A DNA stretch of 64,000 bases from Cyanophora paradoxa CCMP329 (Eukaryota > Plantae > Glaucophyta): the NCBI GenBank assembly GCA_004431415.1, contig QPMI01000489.1, positions 1-64,000 on the forward strand, written 5' to 3'. Below the pieces are notes generated by a model that worked only from the letters and a program-made list of their open reading frames with translations, was not told the origin of the DNA and searched no databases. Shown in pieces: positions 24,857-37,600 of the stretch (the first letter of the stretch is position 1; each line of letters starts with the position of its first letter). Position numbers and translations under genes: made by a program.

Positions 24857-26715
24857 GTTTTTTTTTTGGTGAATTACCGGCCACAGTCTCTAGACACCAG
24901 CACTGCGGGGGCTGCCCAGGGGGCATAAAGACAAAAAAGCAAAAAAACTAAGACAAGAGCACGAAGAAAGATAAGACAAAGAGCCAAAATCGACAATAAA
25001 AAAGGAAAGACACAGAGCTCGAGACAGATCGATAGCGAGAAGAGACGATAAATCGAGCAGATCTAGGGACAGAGGATAACTGACACGAAGAAGAGCCAGA
25101 GCTAGAGATACCATCAATATCAGAAGGAATTACATCACTAAGAAGCGGGGGACAAAATTGAGAAAGATAAATAACAGGAAGAAGACAAGTAAGAGGAACA
25201 ACAAGACGACATGGAGGCGGAGGCGAAGCAGGACGATGCGAAAGGGCAGAGCTACGGCACGAGGTCGAGGAGGACACAGGAGGCGGAGCAGGCGGATCAA
25301 GAGCAGGCAAAAGGACAGTCAAAGGAATCACTAAAGCCGGCCGGGCTCGAGGCGGGCAATCGAACTGCAAACGACGGCGAACAACAGGTCGAGCACGAGG
25401 ACTATAGCTAGTATCGAAACTAACTCTAGCATCAACACTACGATCAGAATCCGAACCAGACCGAACTAAACTAGAAGACGAAGAAGTACGCCGGCGCCGG
25501 CGGGATACGATCGCGACCAGCGAAGCAGAAGACGAAGGCAAAGGCGGCAGTCCGGTATCAAGAACAAAGGCCGGAGGGTCCGGCCCGGCAAACCGCCGGG
25601 GGGAAGTAGAAGGAGCCGTAGGCTCGGCAAGCCGGCGACGGGTACGACCACGAGTCCGGGAGGAGATCGGGGAAGCCGGTCCCGGAGCTGAGGGCCCAGG
25701 AGCATAGCCAGGAGAAGGTAAGCCCGGCGAGAAATCTGACCCGGAGCCGGAACCCAGCGAACGACGACGACGAAGAGGCCCCCGAGGAGCCACGACGGGG
25801 GAGCTACCGAGCAAAGTACTGACAGCCGGCGCCGAACACGGCGGCGGAGGTACCCCGCAGACAGTGGCAGGCGGAGAGTCCAGGGTCGATCGAGAGATCC
25901 GCCGACGGGAACGCGGCGGGGGCCGACGAGACGGAAGAGGCGAGGAGGGGGCCGAGGAAGGGTCGGAGGTAGGGGAAGGGCCGCGAGCAGGTGACGGGGA
26001 TCGCTGCCGGCGCCGAAGAGAGGGCAGCGAAGCAGGAGAAAGGTCGGGTGGCGCCGGATCAGATGACACGGAGGTCATGGCCATGGGCGGCGCAGAGAGA
26101 GACGAGCTCGAGGGCGCAAGGGCCCGACGAGGGCGCCGGCGGCGAATCTCACGAGCGCCAGGAAGCGGGATAGGACCCGCAGATGGGACCCGAGGCGCCG
26201 AAGGGGGAGCAGGGAGCCGGAATGACGGGGAGACCGAAAAGAGGACAGTCTCGCCAACACTCGGAAGCGGGGCAGAGGCCGAGGACCCGGAGCTCGAGGG
26301 GGGGAGGGAGGGCGGAGGAGGAGAGAGAAGGCGGCTATTCGAAGGGTATGGAGAATCGAGAGCGGAGGCGAGGGAGGCCGAAGTGATGGCGAGCTCTGGA
26401 GGCGAGGGGCCTGCAAGCGGATCCGGGAAAGTGGATGCAGACGCAAAGAGACCAGGGACGTAGAGGCGGGAGGGGCATGCAAAAAGATAGTGCCGCCCAG
26501 CGTCACAGTTGCAGAAGCGGGGGCAAGAAGGATGGGCTGAAGAGGGGGCTGAACCAGGAGGACGTCAGAAAGAGGGCCTCGCAGGGGCGGAAGTGGAGGA
26601 GCAAGGGGAAGAGGTAAGAAGGGGTATGGAGCTGCAAGATGACCAGGGACCTGCCGGGGAACAGGCAAGTGAAGAGGCCCCGTGACAGCAAGTTGTAAGG
26701 AGGGAGGAGGCAGAG
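24857..26715 (-). mobile_element. Poly(A)-tailed retro-insertion (~1.86 kb), copy 1
   Basis: T10 at 24858-24867; flanking GTGCCGCG at 24849-24856 and 26716-26723 (putative TSD); strong purine skew; Ser/Pro/Arg-rich ORF, no RT motifs seen. Confidence 0.65.
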
Positions 26716-27351
26716 GTGCCGCGTTACGTGCATATATAATACTGCATATCATTATATTATTATCATAATATTACTTAGTAAGTTTCACACCGCTGGCGCC
26801 GCGCGCTGGCGCCGGCAGTACTACCGTCACGTGCACGTAGTACTGGTACCGGTAGGGGCCCGGCACGGTGGCACCGTGGCACCGGCCCGGCGGGCCCCGC
26901 CGCCCGGCCGGGCGGGGCCCGGGCCTCAAGTTGAGACAATGCCGCGCAGTGCCGAGCTGTGCAGAGGGGAAGAAGAATGTTGATGGCTTGAACGGTCGTG
27001 AACAGTCCACCCGCGATAGAAGCACATGTGCCTGTACAGCCCTCGACTCGAGCCTCGGAGCTGGCGGTCGCAGATCTATATCTAGATCTATAACTACCCC
27101 TCCCCCCCTCCCCATCCCCCTCCCTCCCCATCCCCCCCCCACCCCACCCCCACCCCACCCCACCCACCTCCGCCCGCCGCCTCCAGCCGCAGCGCTCTGC
27201 CGACAGCCGCCCCGCAGCCCCTCTCCTCGTCGGCACGGCCCCCGGTGCAGCCCCCGGATCGAAACCGGTCCGGCGGGCGCCCCGCGGCGGCCTTGAATAA
27301 AAATAGACGTCCTTCAAATTTCTGAGTTCATGATCATGATCAAAGGATATC

Positions 27352-27746
27352 TTTTTTTTTTGAGAGACTACGGTGGGGCGAACCCCCCGTAGGTAGTGAT
27401 ATTAAAGACAACAAAGCAATCACAAATCAAAGATACAGTAAACTAGCACAAAATATATACAGAATCAAGAGGGATCACGAGAAGGGACACGATCAGAAGA
27501 ACGCAAAAGATAAGGAGAACGAGCACGAGGAGAAGGAGTAGAAGAGCTCAAGGGCGTCGATGCAGAAGTACTAGTCACACTAGAACGACGAGGAGCACGG
27601 GGACGCAGCAAATAAGGAGAACGAGCACGAGGAACTACAGTCGAAGACGAAGATCTAGACGAAGACGACAAGACAGAGCTAACAGCAGAACTAGAAGACG
27701 TAGTCGCAGGAGGCAAAGGCGGTAGAACAGTAGGAGAGGCGAAACG
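27352..27746 (-). mobile_element. 5'-truncated non-LTR retroelement (395 bp)
   Basis: T10 at 27352-27361; TSD AAGGATATC at 27343-27351 and 27747-27755; empty paralogous site at ~34546-34554; stem-loop at 27368-27392. Confidence 0.9.
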
Positions 27747-27865
27747 AAGGATATCGATCGAGGTCACCGGAAAATAGAGTGTACGGAAAGGCAATTGAAA
27801 TAGATGACTTAGGGATCGAGGATATTGATATCGATATCCTCTCAGATCTAGAGTTAACGTTGCTC

Positions 27866-30800
27866 CTAGAGATCTCGATTTCCAAGCAATCTCAAGCAGC
27901 GGGGGCGGCAAGCCGCCTTGTGCTCCCGCCAGTGCGCGCGCTGGCACTCCGGCGAACAGTAGAACTCCGATCTGAATCGAAAGTTGTCGCACGCAATATT
28001 AATAACAATCAGACCCATGGCCAAGATTAAGCGAGCGCGCACCGGCAGCGGCCGCAGCGGAGCGAACAGCCGTCGACGCCGCACGCAGCGCAGCTCCCCT
28101 CGTCCTCATCCTGGCCCGCGGCGCCACGTGCACCGCCGGCTGCGGCGCCACCGCCGGCGCCGGCGCCGGGGGTGGCCGCGCTGCGGCGTCCGCCCGCGCC
28201 CGCGCTCGCCTGGGCGCGGAGGCCGGCGAGGGCGCCCTGGAGGGTCGCCTTGAAGCGCAAGTCGCAGAGGCCGGCCGCGGAGAAGACGGGCAGCACGCCC
28301 CGCTCCGCTTCCTGCGAGAGTCACATAACATAAGCTGAATATCAGGCGGGCCGGCCGGGCATAATTGAATTATAAGAGCTTATTAATCACATAACATAAG
28401 GGCCTGGGCCTGGTCTAGACATAGTCCCAGGACGGGCGGGCATAAAATTAAGGCTCAAGGCGATCGCGATTGGGACCGCCGAGGACAAAGCTGAAGGCGA
28501 TTGTATACGCCAGCCGCAAAGCTCAAGGATTATGCCCGGGGGCCATGCCCGGGCTCACCAGCTCCATTATATAAGTTATCATAAGGGAAGGTTGCATAGG
28601 ATAACAAATTATGTATATAAGGAAGTCAGTGTCGAGGGCGGGGCTCACCAGCCCCTTCTCGTACCAACGGACGGCGTCCGCGGGGCGCCCCTGTCAACGT
28701 TCAACAGCGGATCAGCGATGCCGACCCTCGAAATAAGAAGAAGAAGCGGCATCGGAGGCGGCATCTAGATCTCGCCTCCTGCATGCAGTGGTACGCGAGC
28801 TGGAAGTGCCCCTCCGCAAACTCCCTGCGCCAAGGAATTCATGTTAACGTTATATATTATAAATTCCCTAGCCCTCTGATTTCTCGAACTGAGGCTTTCT
28901 TTAGAGCGTCAATGACCCTCAAGCTTTCTTTAGCTTACAATCAAATATAAGGGCGCACCGGTCGTCGGGGGAGGCGACGGCGACGTACGACTCGAGGGCG
29001 GCGATGCCCTCGGCCCGCCGCCCCGGCACCCGCGACTCCCTGCGATCGCGAAACACGCGTGATTAGAACTCGTGTATCTCGTTCAAGTTGGGCACGGGCT
29101 TAGTTCTTCTTCAAGGCCGCTTAGCTCTTCTTCGCTAGCTTATTATAATCTCACAGGTCAAGGTATTGCCTGATTGGGACCTAGGGGGATATTGTACACG
29201 CAGCTAATTTGCAGCTATAAAGTTGTGGTCATTAATATTTGTGGGGCGCACGCGGAGCCGAGGAAGAAGAGGAGGGGCGGGCGGTGGGGGGCGTCGGCCT
29301 CGGGGGCCCCGGGGCCGCCGAGGAGCGCGAGGGCGCGCCGCAGGAGCCGCGCCGCCTCCGCAAAGTCCTGCGCGGCCCTGCTGTCAGGCGCGGGCGCTGG
29401 CCCCTTCTTATTGAAAGCATCGTCGATTTCGATGACGTCGTCTCTTTAAGTAAAACATCATTTCATACGAGGAAGGCAGCAGATCTAGAGATTTAGAGCG
29501 AGACGCGGCTGCCCTGGAGAGCTCGCGAGCGATCGAGCGGGCACGGACCTGAGCGAAGACCACCAGGCTCGCCGCCAGCCTGCGCGCGCCGCGGATCCGG
29601 AGGGCGGGCGGGCGGTCAGCCGCGACCGCGGCCCCGCGCCGGGCGCCTCTCTCAAAATTCTCTCGGGGCGGGGCGGGGCGGGGCGGGCGGGGCGGGGCGG
29701 GGCCGCGGGCGGGGCGGGGCTCGGGGCCCGGACGGACGAGTGGAGGGCCCAGTCGTCGGGGGCGAGGGCGAGGGCGCGCCGCGCCTGCGCCGCCACCAGC
29801 GGCGCGCTCCGGCTCCGCGGGTCCTGCGCACGCGGCCGCGCGCCGTGAGCCGTCTCGAGGCGCCGATCGGAGCGAGATGACCAGGTGGCTGCCGACGTGC
29901 ACGGGCGCGGGCGCTTTCCGGAAGGAAAAAATGCATTGTGCATCTAAATATAGATCGAAGCGGGGCGTACGAGGCAGCCGACCACGAGGTTGTGCGTCTA
30001 ATTATAGACCGGAGGGCGGGGCCGGGGCGCACGAGGCAGCAGAGGAGAGCGACGGCGTCGGGGTCGTTCGGGTTCTCCCTCGCGAAGCCGCGCACCTCCG
30101 ACTGCGCGAACAACAGAAGCGAGAATCGATCATGATCACGAGAAGGTTGAGTGAATAGGGGGGGGGCGGGGGGGGCGGGGGCGGGCGGAAGTCAACGTTC
30201 AAGTGGATGCATATCAAGAGAGCTTAAGGGGGCGGGGCGGGCGGGCGGGCGGGCGATAGGGGGCGGGCGGAAGTCAACGTTCAAGTGGACGCATATCAAG
30301 AGAGCTTAAGGGGGCGGGGCGGGCGGGCGGGCGGGCGATAGGGGGCGGGCGTAAGTCAACGTTCAAGTGGACGCATATCAAGAGAGCTTAAGGGGGCGGG
30401 GCGGGCGGGCGGGCGGGAGGGGGCGGGCGGGCGGACCAGGAGGCGCCCCTCAAGTTATTATAACGTATTATAACGACGAGGAGAAGCTAATTATAACGTT
30501 CAAGTGGATATATTTATCGATATCAAGAAAGGGGGCGGGCGGGCGGACGAGGAGGCGGCCCTCGATACATAAATAATACTCGCGGACCAGGTAGGAGCCT
30601 TAGGTAGGAGCGCTAATTTAACTTCCTTCTCTCTAATTAACTTTAGGGGGCGGCCGCGGGCGGACGAGGAGGCGCCCCTCGAGGGGCTGGGGGACGACGG
30701 CCACGCAGCTCTCGCGCTTCACCGCGTACGCCATGTGCGGCACCTGCCGGCCCGGCAATCAGTATCGCTATCAGCGAGGTTTAATTTAGAGTATCTCCTG

Positions 30801-31710
30801 CGCATGCGCAGCTGCATAGCCTATCATAGCATAGCTTTAACTATAAGCATCATATTAAGGGGCGGGGCGGGCCGCTCGGCGCAGGTTTTAATTCGCACGC
30901 CATGTGCGGCACCTGCCGGCCCGGCAATCGCGATCACAATCAGCGAGGGTGGCCCCTAGGCCTAAGCCTAGGTCTCCTGCACAGCTGCTGCAGCTCTGAT
31001 CCAGCTCCCAACATTAACCCAGCGCACCGCCTCGGCGATGCGGCCGGCGTGCCAGAGGGCGAACCCGGCGTCCCAGTGGCGCCGGCAGACCTGCAGCCGC
31101 GCCGCCACCTGCGCGCGCGTGCGCCGAGCCGCGTGTCGGCACCAGCGCTAGCCACAGTCACTGGGCACCAGCTGCAGCACCAAAGGGGCTGCCTATGTGC
31201 GCTAGCCATCTGCATGGCTCGCGGGGCGGGTCGCGCGGCGCAGGCTTTGTATTTAGAGAGCCTATCGTACTATATATAGCTGCAAGCATAATAATTATAA
31301 GCATCGTATTATGGCTGCGCATGCAAGCATAAGCATCATATTTAGGGGCGGGCCGGGCCGCACGGCGCTGCCGGCGTCGGCGAGGCGGCGCAGCTCGCCG
31401 CAGTCGAAGTGGTCGTCCAGCTTCAGCGTGTGCGGCAGCTGCGATCGCCCGGCGCGGGTGCCGGCCCGGCCGCGGCCCGGTCAGATTCGAAAAGCACCAC
31501 TACTCGCCACATGCATGGCCGGTAAATATCATGGGTATCCACAAAAGCGAGCAGATCTAGCTATAGAGCCGGAAGCGCATCGATTGATGGATTGGATTTT
31601 GAAGGTCGCCGGGCGCGCACCGAGGGCGGGGGGGGAAGGCGAGGAGCGCGGCGGGGGGGCTTGAGGATGGGCAAGGGGCGCGGCGGACCGGTGGGGCCCG
31701 CGGGGGGCAT
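27866..31710 (-). CDS. TPR-MYND zinc finger protein, copy B (stand-alone, starts MPPAGPTGPP)
   Basis: Exons MPPAG..PPPS | LPHTLKLDDHFDCGELRRLADAGSA | ..VPHMAYAVKRESCVAVVPQPLEG | SEVRGFARENPNDPDAVALLCCL | ..ARRALALAPDDWALHSRLAASLVVFAQ | DFAEAARLLRRALALL .. MYND. An extra G at 27901-27905 alters the last residues. Confidence 0.75.
30189..30430. repeat. 82-bp intronic unit x3 (single copy in paralogue C at ~37269)
   Basis: AAGTCAACGTTCAAGTGGA at 30189, 30271, 30353. Confidence 0.9.
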
Positions 31711-32055
31711 CAGAGCCGGGGCGCGGGGGCCGCGGAGGGAGCGCGGCGCGGGGAGCGCACACATCGGGGGACGGCGTGCGGGCGTGGAGCGCGCGCACGG
31801 GGACAAGGGGCGCGGGGGGACGGGCGCTGCGGAACTGGAACTGCAGCTGCAGTGGCCGCCGCGAGCCTGCGCGCAAGTCCTGCGGTTAGTCGTTAGATTT
31901 CAATGATTTATGTATGGAAAATATTGCAGCTATATAGTATATAGAGATCTTTTTTTGGTAAGCGAAATCTTGATCGCAACCGTTTACCAGCATAACGCGG
32001 CGGCGGCCGGCGGGCCGCGGCGGCGCCAGCTGGCGGCGTTATAATTAGTGCCGCG

Positions 32056-33914
32056 GTTTTTTTTTTGGTGAATTACCGGCCACAGTCTCTAGACACCAGC
32101 ACTGCGGGGGCTGCCCAGGGGGCATAAAGACAAAAAAGCAAAAAAACTAAGACAAGAGCACGAAGAAAGATAAGACAAAGAGCCAAAATCGACAATAAAA
32201 AAGGAAAGACACAGAGCTCGAGACAGATCGATAGCGAGAAGAGACGATAAATCGAGCAGATCTAGGGACAGAGGATAACTGACACGAAGAAGAGCCAGAG
32301 CTAGAGATACCATCAATATCAGAAGGAATTACATCACTAAGAAGCGGGGGACAAAATTGAGAAAGATAAATAACAGGAAGAAGACAAGTAAGAGGAACAA
32401 CAAGACGACATGGAGGCGGAGGCGAAGCAGGACGATGCGAAAGGGCAGAGCTACGGCACGAGGTCGAGGAGGACACAGGAGGCGGAGCAGGCGGATCAAG
32501 AGCAGGCAAAAGGACAGTCAAAGGAATCACTAAAGCCGGCCGGGCTCGAGGCGGGCAATCGAACTGCAAACGACGGCGAACAACAGGTCGAGCACGAGGA
32601 CTATAGCTAGTATTGAAACTAACTCTAGCATCAACACTACGATCAGAATCCGAACCAGACCGAACTAAACTAGAAGACGAAGAAGTACGCCGGCGCCGGC
32701 GGGATACGATCGCGACCAGCGAAGCAGAAGACGAAGGCAAAGGCGGCAGTCCGGTATCAAGAACAAAGGCCGGAGGGTCCGGCCCGGCAAACCGCCGGGG
32801 GGAAGTAGAAGGAGCCGTAGGCTCGGCAAGCCGGCGACGGGTACGACCACGAGTCCGGGAGGAGATCGGGGAAGCCGGTCCCGGAGCTGAGGGCCCAGGA
32901 GCATAGCCAGGAGAAGGTAAGCCCGGCGAGAAATCTGACCCGGAGCCGGAACCCAGCGAACGACGACGACGAAGAGGCCCCGAGGAGCCACGACGGGGGA
33001 GCTACCGAGCAAAGTACTGACAGCCGGCGCCGAACACGGCGGCGGAGGTACCCCGCAGACAGTGGCAGGCGGAGAGTCCAGGGTCGATCGAGAGATCCGC
33101 CGACGGGAACGCGGCGGGGGCCGACGAGACGGAAGAGGCGAGGAGGGGGCCGAGGAAGGGTCGGAGGTAGGGGAAGGGCCGCGAGCAGGTGACGGGGATC
33201 GCTGCCGGCGCCGAAGAGAGGGCAGCGAAGCAGGAGAAAGGTCGGGTGGCGCCGGATCAGATGACACGGAGGTCATGGCCATGGGCAGCGCAGAGAGAGA
33301 CGAGCTCGAGGGCGCAAGGGCCCGACGAGGGCGCCGGCGGCGAATCTCACGAGCGCCAGGAAGCGGGATAGGACCCGCAGATGGGACCCGAGGCGCCGAA
33401 GGGGGAGCAGGGAGCCGGAATGACGGGGAGACCGAAAAGAGGACAGTCTCGCCAACACTCGGAAGCGGGGCAGAGGCCGAGGACCCGGAGCTCGAGGGGG
33501 GGAGGGAGGGCGGAGGAGGAGAGAGAAGGCGGCTATTCGAAGGGTATGGAGAATCGAGAGCGGAGGCGAGGGAGGCCGAAGTGATGGCGAGCTCTGGAGG
33601 CGAGGGGGCCTGCAAGCGGATCCGGGAAAGTGGATGCAGACGCAAAGAGACCAGGGACGTAGAGGCGGGAGGGGCATGCAAAAAGATAGTGCCGCCCAGC
33701 GTCACAGTTGCAGAAGCGGGGGCAAGAAGGATGGGCTGAAGAGGGGGCTGAACCAGGAGGACGTCAGAAAGAGGGCCTCGCAGGGGCGGAAGTGGAGGAG
33801 CAAGGGGAAGAGGTAAGAAGGGGTATGGAGCTGCAAGATGACCAGGGACCTGCCGGGGAACAGGCAAGTGAAGAGGCCCCGTGACAGCAAGTTGTAAGGA
33901 GGGAGGAGGCAGAG
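32056..33914 (-). mobile_element. Poly(A)-tailed retro-insertion (~1.86 kb), copy 2 (co-duplicated)
   Basis: Near-identical to 24857-26715 with the same flanks; GTGCCGCG at 32048-32055 and 33915-33922. Confidence 0.65.
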
Positions 33915-34690
33915 GTGCCGCGTTACGTGCATATATAATACTGCATATCATTATATTATTATCATAATATTACTTAGTAAGTTTCACACCGCTGGCGCCG
34001 CGCGCTGGCGCCGGCAGTACTACCGTCACGTGCACGTAGTACTGGTACCGGTAGGGGCCCGGCACGGTGGCACCGTGGCACCGGCCCGGCGGGCCCCGCC
34101 GCCCCGGCCGGGCGGGGCCCGGGCCTCAAGTTGAGACAATGCCGCGCAGTGCCGAGCTGTGCAGAGGGGAAGAAGAATGTTGATGGCTTGAACGGTCGTG
34201 AACAGTCCACCCGCGATAGAAGCACATGTGCCTGTACAGCCCTCGACTCGAGCCTCGGAGCTGGCGGTCGCAGATCTATATCTAGATCTATAACTACCCC
34301 TCCCCCCCTCCCCCATCCCCCCTCCCTCCCCCATCCCCCCCCACCCCACCCCCACCCCACCCCACCCCACCTCCGCCCGCCGCCTCCAGCCGCAGCGCTC
34401 TGCCGACAGCCGCCCCGCAGCCCCTCTCCTCGTCGGCACGGCCCCCGGTGCAGCCCCCGGATCGAAACCGGTCCGGCGGGCGCCCCGCGGCGGCCTTGAA
34501 TAAAAATAGACGTCCTTCAAATTTCTGAGTTCATGATCATGATCAAAGGATATCGATCGAGGTCACCGGAAAATAGAGTGTACGGAAAGGCAATTGAAAT
34601 AGATGACTTAGGGATCGAGGATATTGATATCGATATCCTCTCAGATCTAGAGTTAACGTTGCTCCTAGAGATCTCGATTTCCAAGCAATC

Positions 34691-37600
34691 TCAAGCAGCG
34701 GGGCGGCAAGCCGCCTTGTGCTCCCGCCAGTGCGCGCGCTGGCACTCCGGCGAACAGTAGAACTCCGATCTGAATCGAAAGTTGTCGCACGCAATATTAA
34801 TAACAATCAGACCCATGGCCAAGATTAAGCGAGCGCGCACCGGCAGCGGCCGCAGCGGAGCGAACAGCCGTCGACGCCGCACGCAGCGCAGCTCCCCTCG
34901 TCCTCATCCTGGCCCGCGGCGCCACGTGCACCGCCGGCTGCGGCGCCACCGCCGGCGCCGGCGCCGGGGGTGGCCGCGCTGCGGCGTCCGCCCGCGCCCG
35001 CGCTCGCCTGGGCGCGGAGGCCGGCGAGGGCGCCCTGGAGGGTCGCCTTGAAGCGCAAGTCGCAGAGGCCGGCCGCGGAGAAGACGGGCAGCACGCCCCG
35101 CTCCGCTTCCTGCGAGAGTCACATAACATAAGCTGAATATCAGGCGGGCCGGCCGGGCATAATTGAATTATAAGAGCTTATTAATCACATAACATAAGGG
35201 CCTGGGCCTGGTCTAGACATAGTCCCAGGACGGGCGGGCATAAAATTAAGGCTCAAGGCGATCGCGATTGGGACCGCCGAGGACAAAGCTGAAGGCGATT
35301 GTATACGCCAGCCGCAAAGCTCAAGGATTATGCCCGGGGCCATGCCCGGGCTCACCAGCTCCATTATATAAGTTATCATAAGGGAAGGTTGCATAGGATA
35401 ACAAATTATGTATATAAGGAAGTCAGTGTCGAGGGCGGGGCTCACCAGCCCCTTCTCGTACCAACGGACGGCGTCCGCGGGGCGCCCCTGTCAACGTTCA
35501 ACAGCGGATCAGCGATGCCGACCCTCGAAATAAGAAGAAGAAGCGGCATCGGAGGCGGCATCTAGATCTCGCCTCCTGCATGCAGTGGTACGCGAGCTGG
35601 AAGTGCCCCTCCGCAAACTCCCTGCGCCAAGGAATTCATGTTAACGTTATATATTATAAATTCCCTAGCCCTCTGATTTCTCGAACTGAGGCTTTCTTTA
35701 GAGCGTCACTGACCCTCAAGCTTTCTTTAGCTTACAATCAATTATAAGGGCGCACCGGTCGTCGGGGGAGGCAACGGCGACGTACGACTCGAGGGCGGCG
35801 ATGCCCTCGGCCCGCCGCCCCGGCACCCGCGACTCCCTGCGATCGCGAAACACGCGTGATTCGAACTCATGTATCTCGTCGGCGAAACCTTTCGTTTACG
35901 TCAGGACAGGCTTAGTTCTTCTTCAAGGCCGCTTAGCTCTTCTTCGCTAGCCTCTTATAATCATACAGGTCAAGTTATAGTTATTTGTGGCGCGCGCGCA
36001 CGCGGAGCCGAGGAAGAAGAGGAGGGGCGGGCGGTGCGGGGCGTCGGCGTCGGCCTCGGGGGCCCCGGGGCCGCCGAGGAGCGCCAGGGCCCGCCGCAGG
36101 AGCCGCGCCGCCTCCCCGAAGTCCTGCGCGGCCCTGCTGTCAGGCGCGGGCGCTGGCGCCTTCTGTCATAAGAGGAAAGCAGCAGAGATCTAGATCTAAA
36201 GCGAGACGGAGCCTTAGAAAGACGAGGAGCCGAGCGCAGCCGCCCTGGAGAGCTCGCGATCGAGCGGGCGCGGACCTGAGCGAAGACCACCAAGCTCGCC
36301 GCCAGCCTGCGCGCGCCGCGGATCCGGAGGGCGGGCGGGCGGTCAGCCGCGACCGCGGCCCCGCGCCGGGCGCCTCTCTCAAAATTCTCTCGGGGCGGGG
36401 CGGGGCGGGGCGGAGCGGGCGGGGCGGGGCGGGGCGGGCGGGGGCGCGGGGCCCGGACGAACGAGTGGAGGGCCCAGTCGTCGGGGCGAGGGCGAGGGCG
36501 CGCCGCGCCTGCGCCGCCACCAGCGGCGCGCTCCGGCTACGCGGGTCCTGCGCACGCGGCCGCGCGCCGTGAGCCGTCTCGAGGCGCCGATCGGAGCGAG
36601 ATGACCAGGTGGCTGCCCACGTGCACGGGCGCGGGCGCCATCCGGAAGGAAAAAATGCATTGCGCATCTAAATATAGATCAAAGCGGGGCGTACGAGGCA
36701 GCCGATCACGAGGCGCCCCTCGGCGCGCGGCTTGTTGTGCGTCTAACTGTAGACCGGAGGGCGAGGGCGGGTCGCACGAGGCAGCAGAAGAGGGCAACGG
36801 CGTCGGCATTGTAATAAAGCTTGGTGCGTGCCTATATCTAATTATTGCGGGTCTTATAATGCGTGACTATATCTAATCTATAATAAAGCATGTGTGCTTA
36901 TTGCGGGTCTTATAGATCGAAGCGGGGCGGCCGGCCGCGGGGCGCATGCGCACTAGGCAGCAGAGGAGGGCCGCCCGCCCGGCCCCCTCCAACAATACTA
37001 GTGTTTGGATGCTTATTGTTATTGCGCTACTAGTGTACCTCCAACAATATGTGCTTGCTTATTGTGCGCTTATTGCTTATAATAGACCTGAGCTCGAGGG
37101 CGGGGCGCACGAGGCAGCAGAGGAGGGCTACGGCGTCGGGGTCGTTCGGGTTCCCCCTCGCGAAGGCGCGCACCTCCGACTGCGCAAACAACAGAAGCGA
37201 GAATCGATCATGATCACGAGAAGGTTGAGTGAATATATAAATCAGTGCGGGCGGCAGGGGGCGGGCGGAAGTCAACGTTCAAGTGGATGCATATCAAGAG
37301 AGCTTAAGGGGGCGGGGCGGGCGGGCGGGCGGGAGGGGGCGGGCGGGCGGACCGGGAGGCGCCCCTCAAGTTATTATAACGTATTATAACGACGAGGAGA
37401 AGCTAATTATAACGTTCCGGAGGGGACGCCATCGGCGTCTATTCTACTGACACTTGCCCCTCTATCTCAGCGACCGAGGGGCGTAGTCCAGTCCGGTGTC
37501 TTACGGGGGTGTCTTTATGGACCCCTGGGACACCCCCCCTGGCTGCGCCATCGCAGTGCAGGCGGTCACGTTGCCACTTTAGTGGGGTCGACGGCAGGGG

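Noticed and set aside
26816-26846. CAGTACTAC...GTAGTACTG hairpin as a Helitron end
   Set aside because: No properly spaced CTRR terminus or other Helitron evidence, and palindromes are common here.
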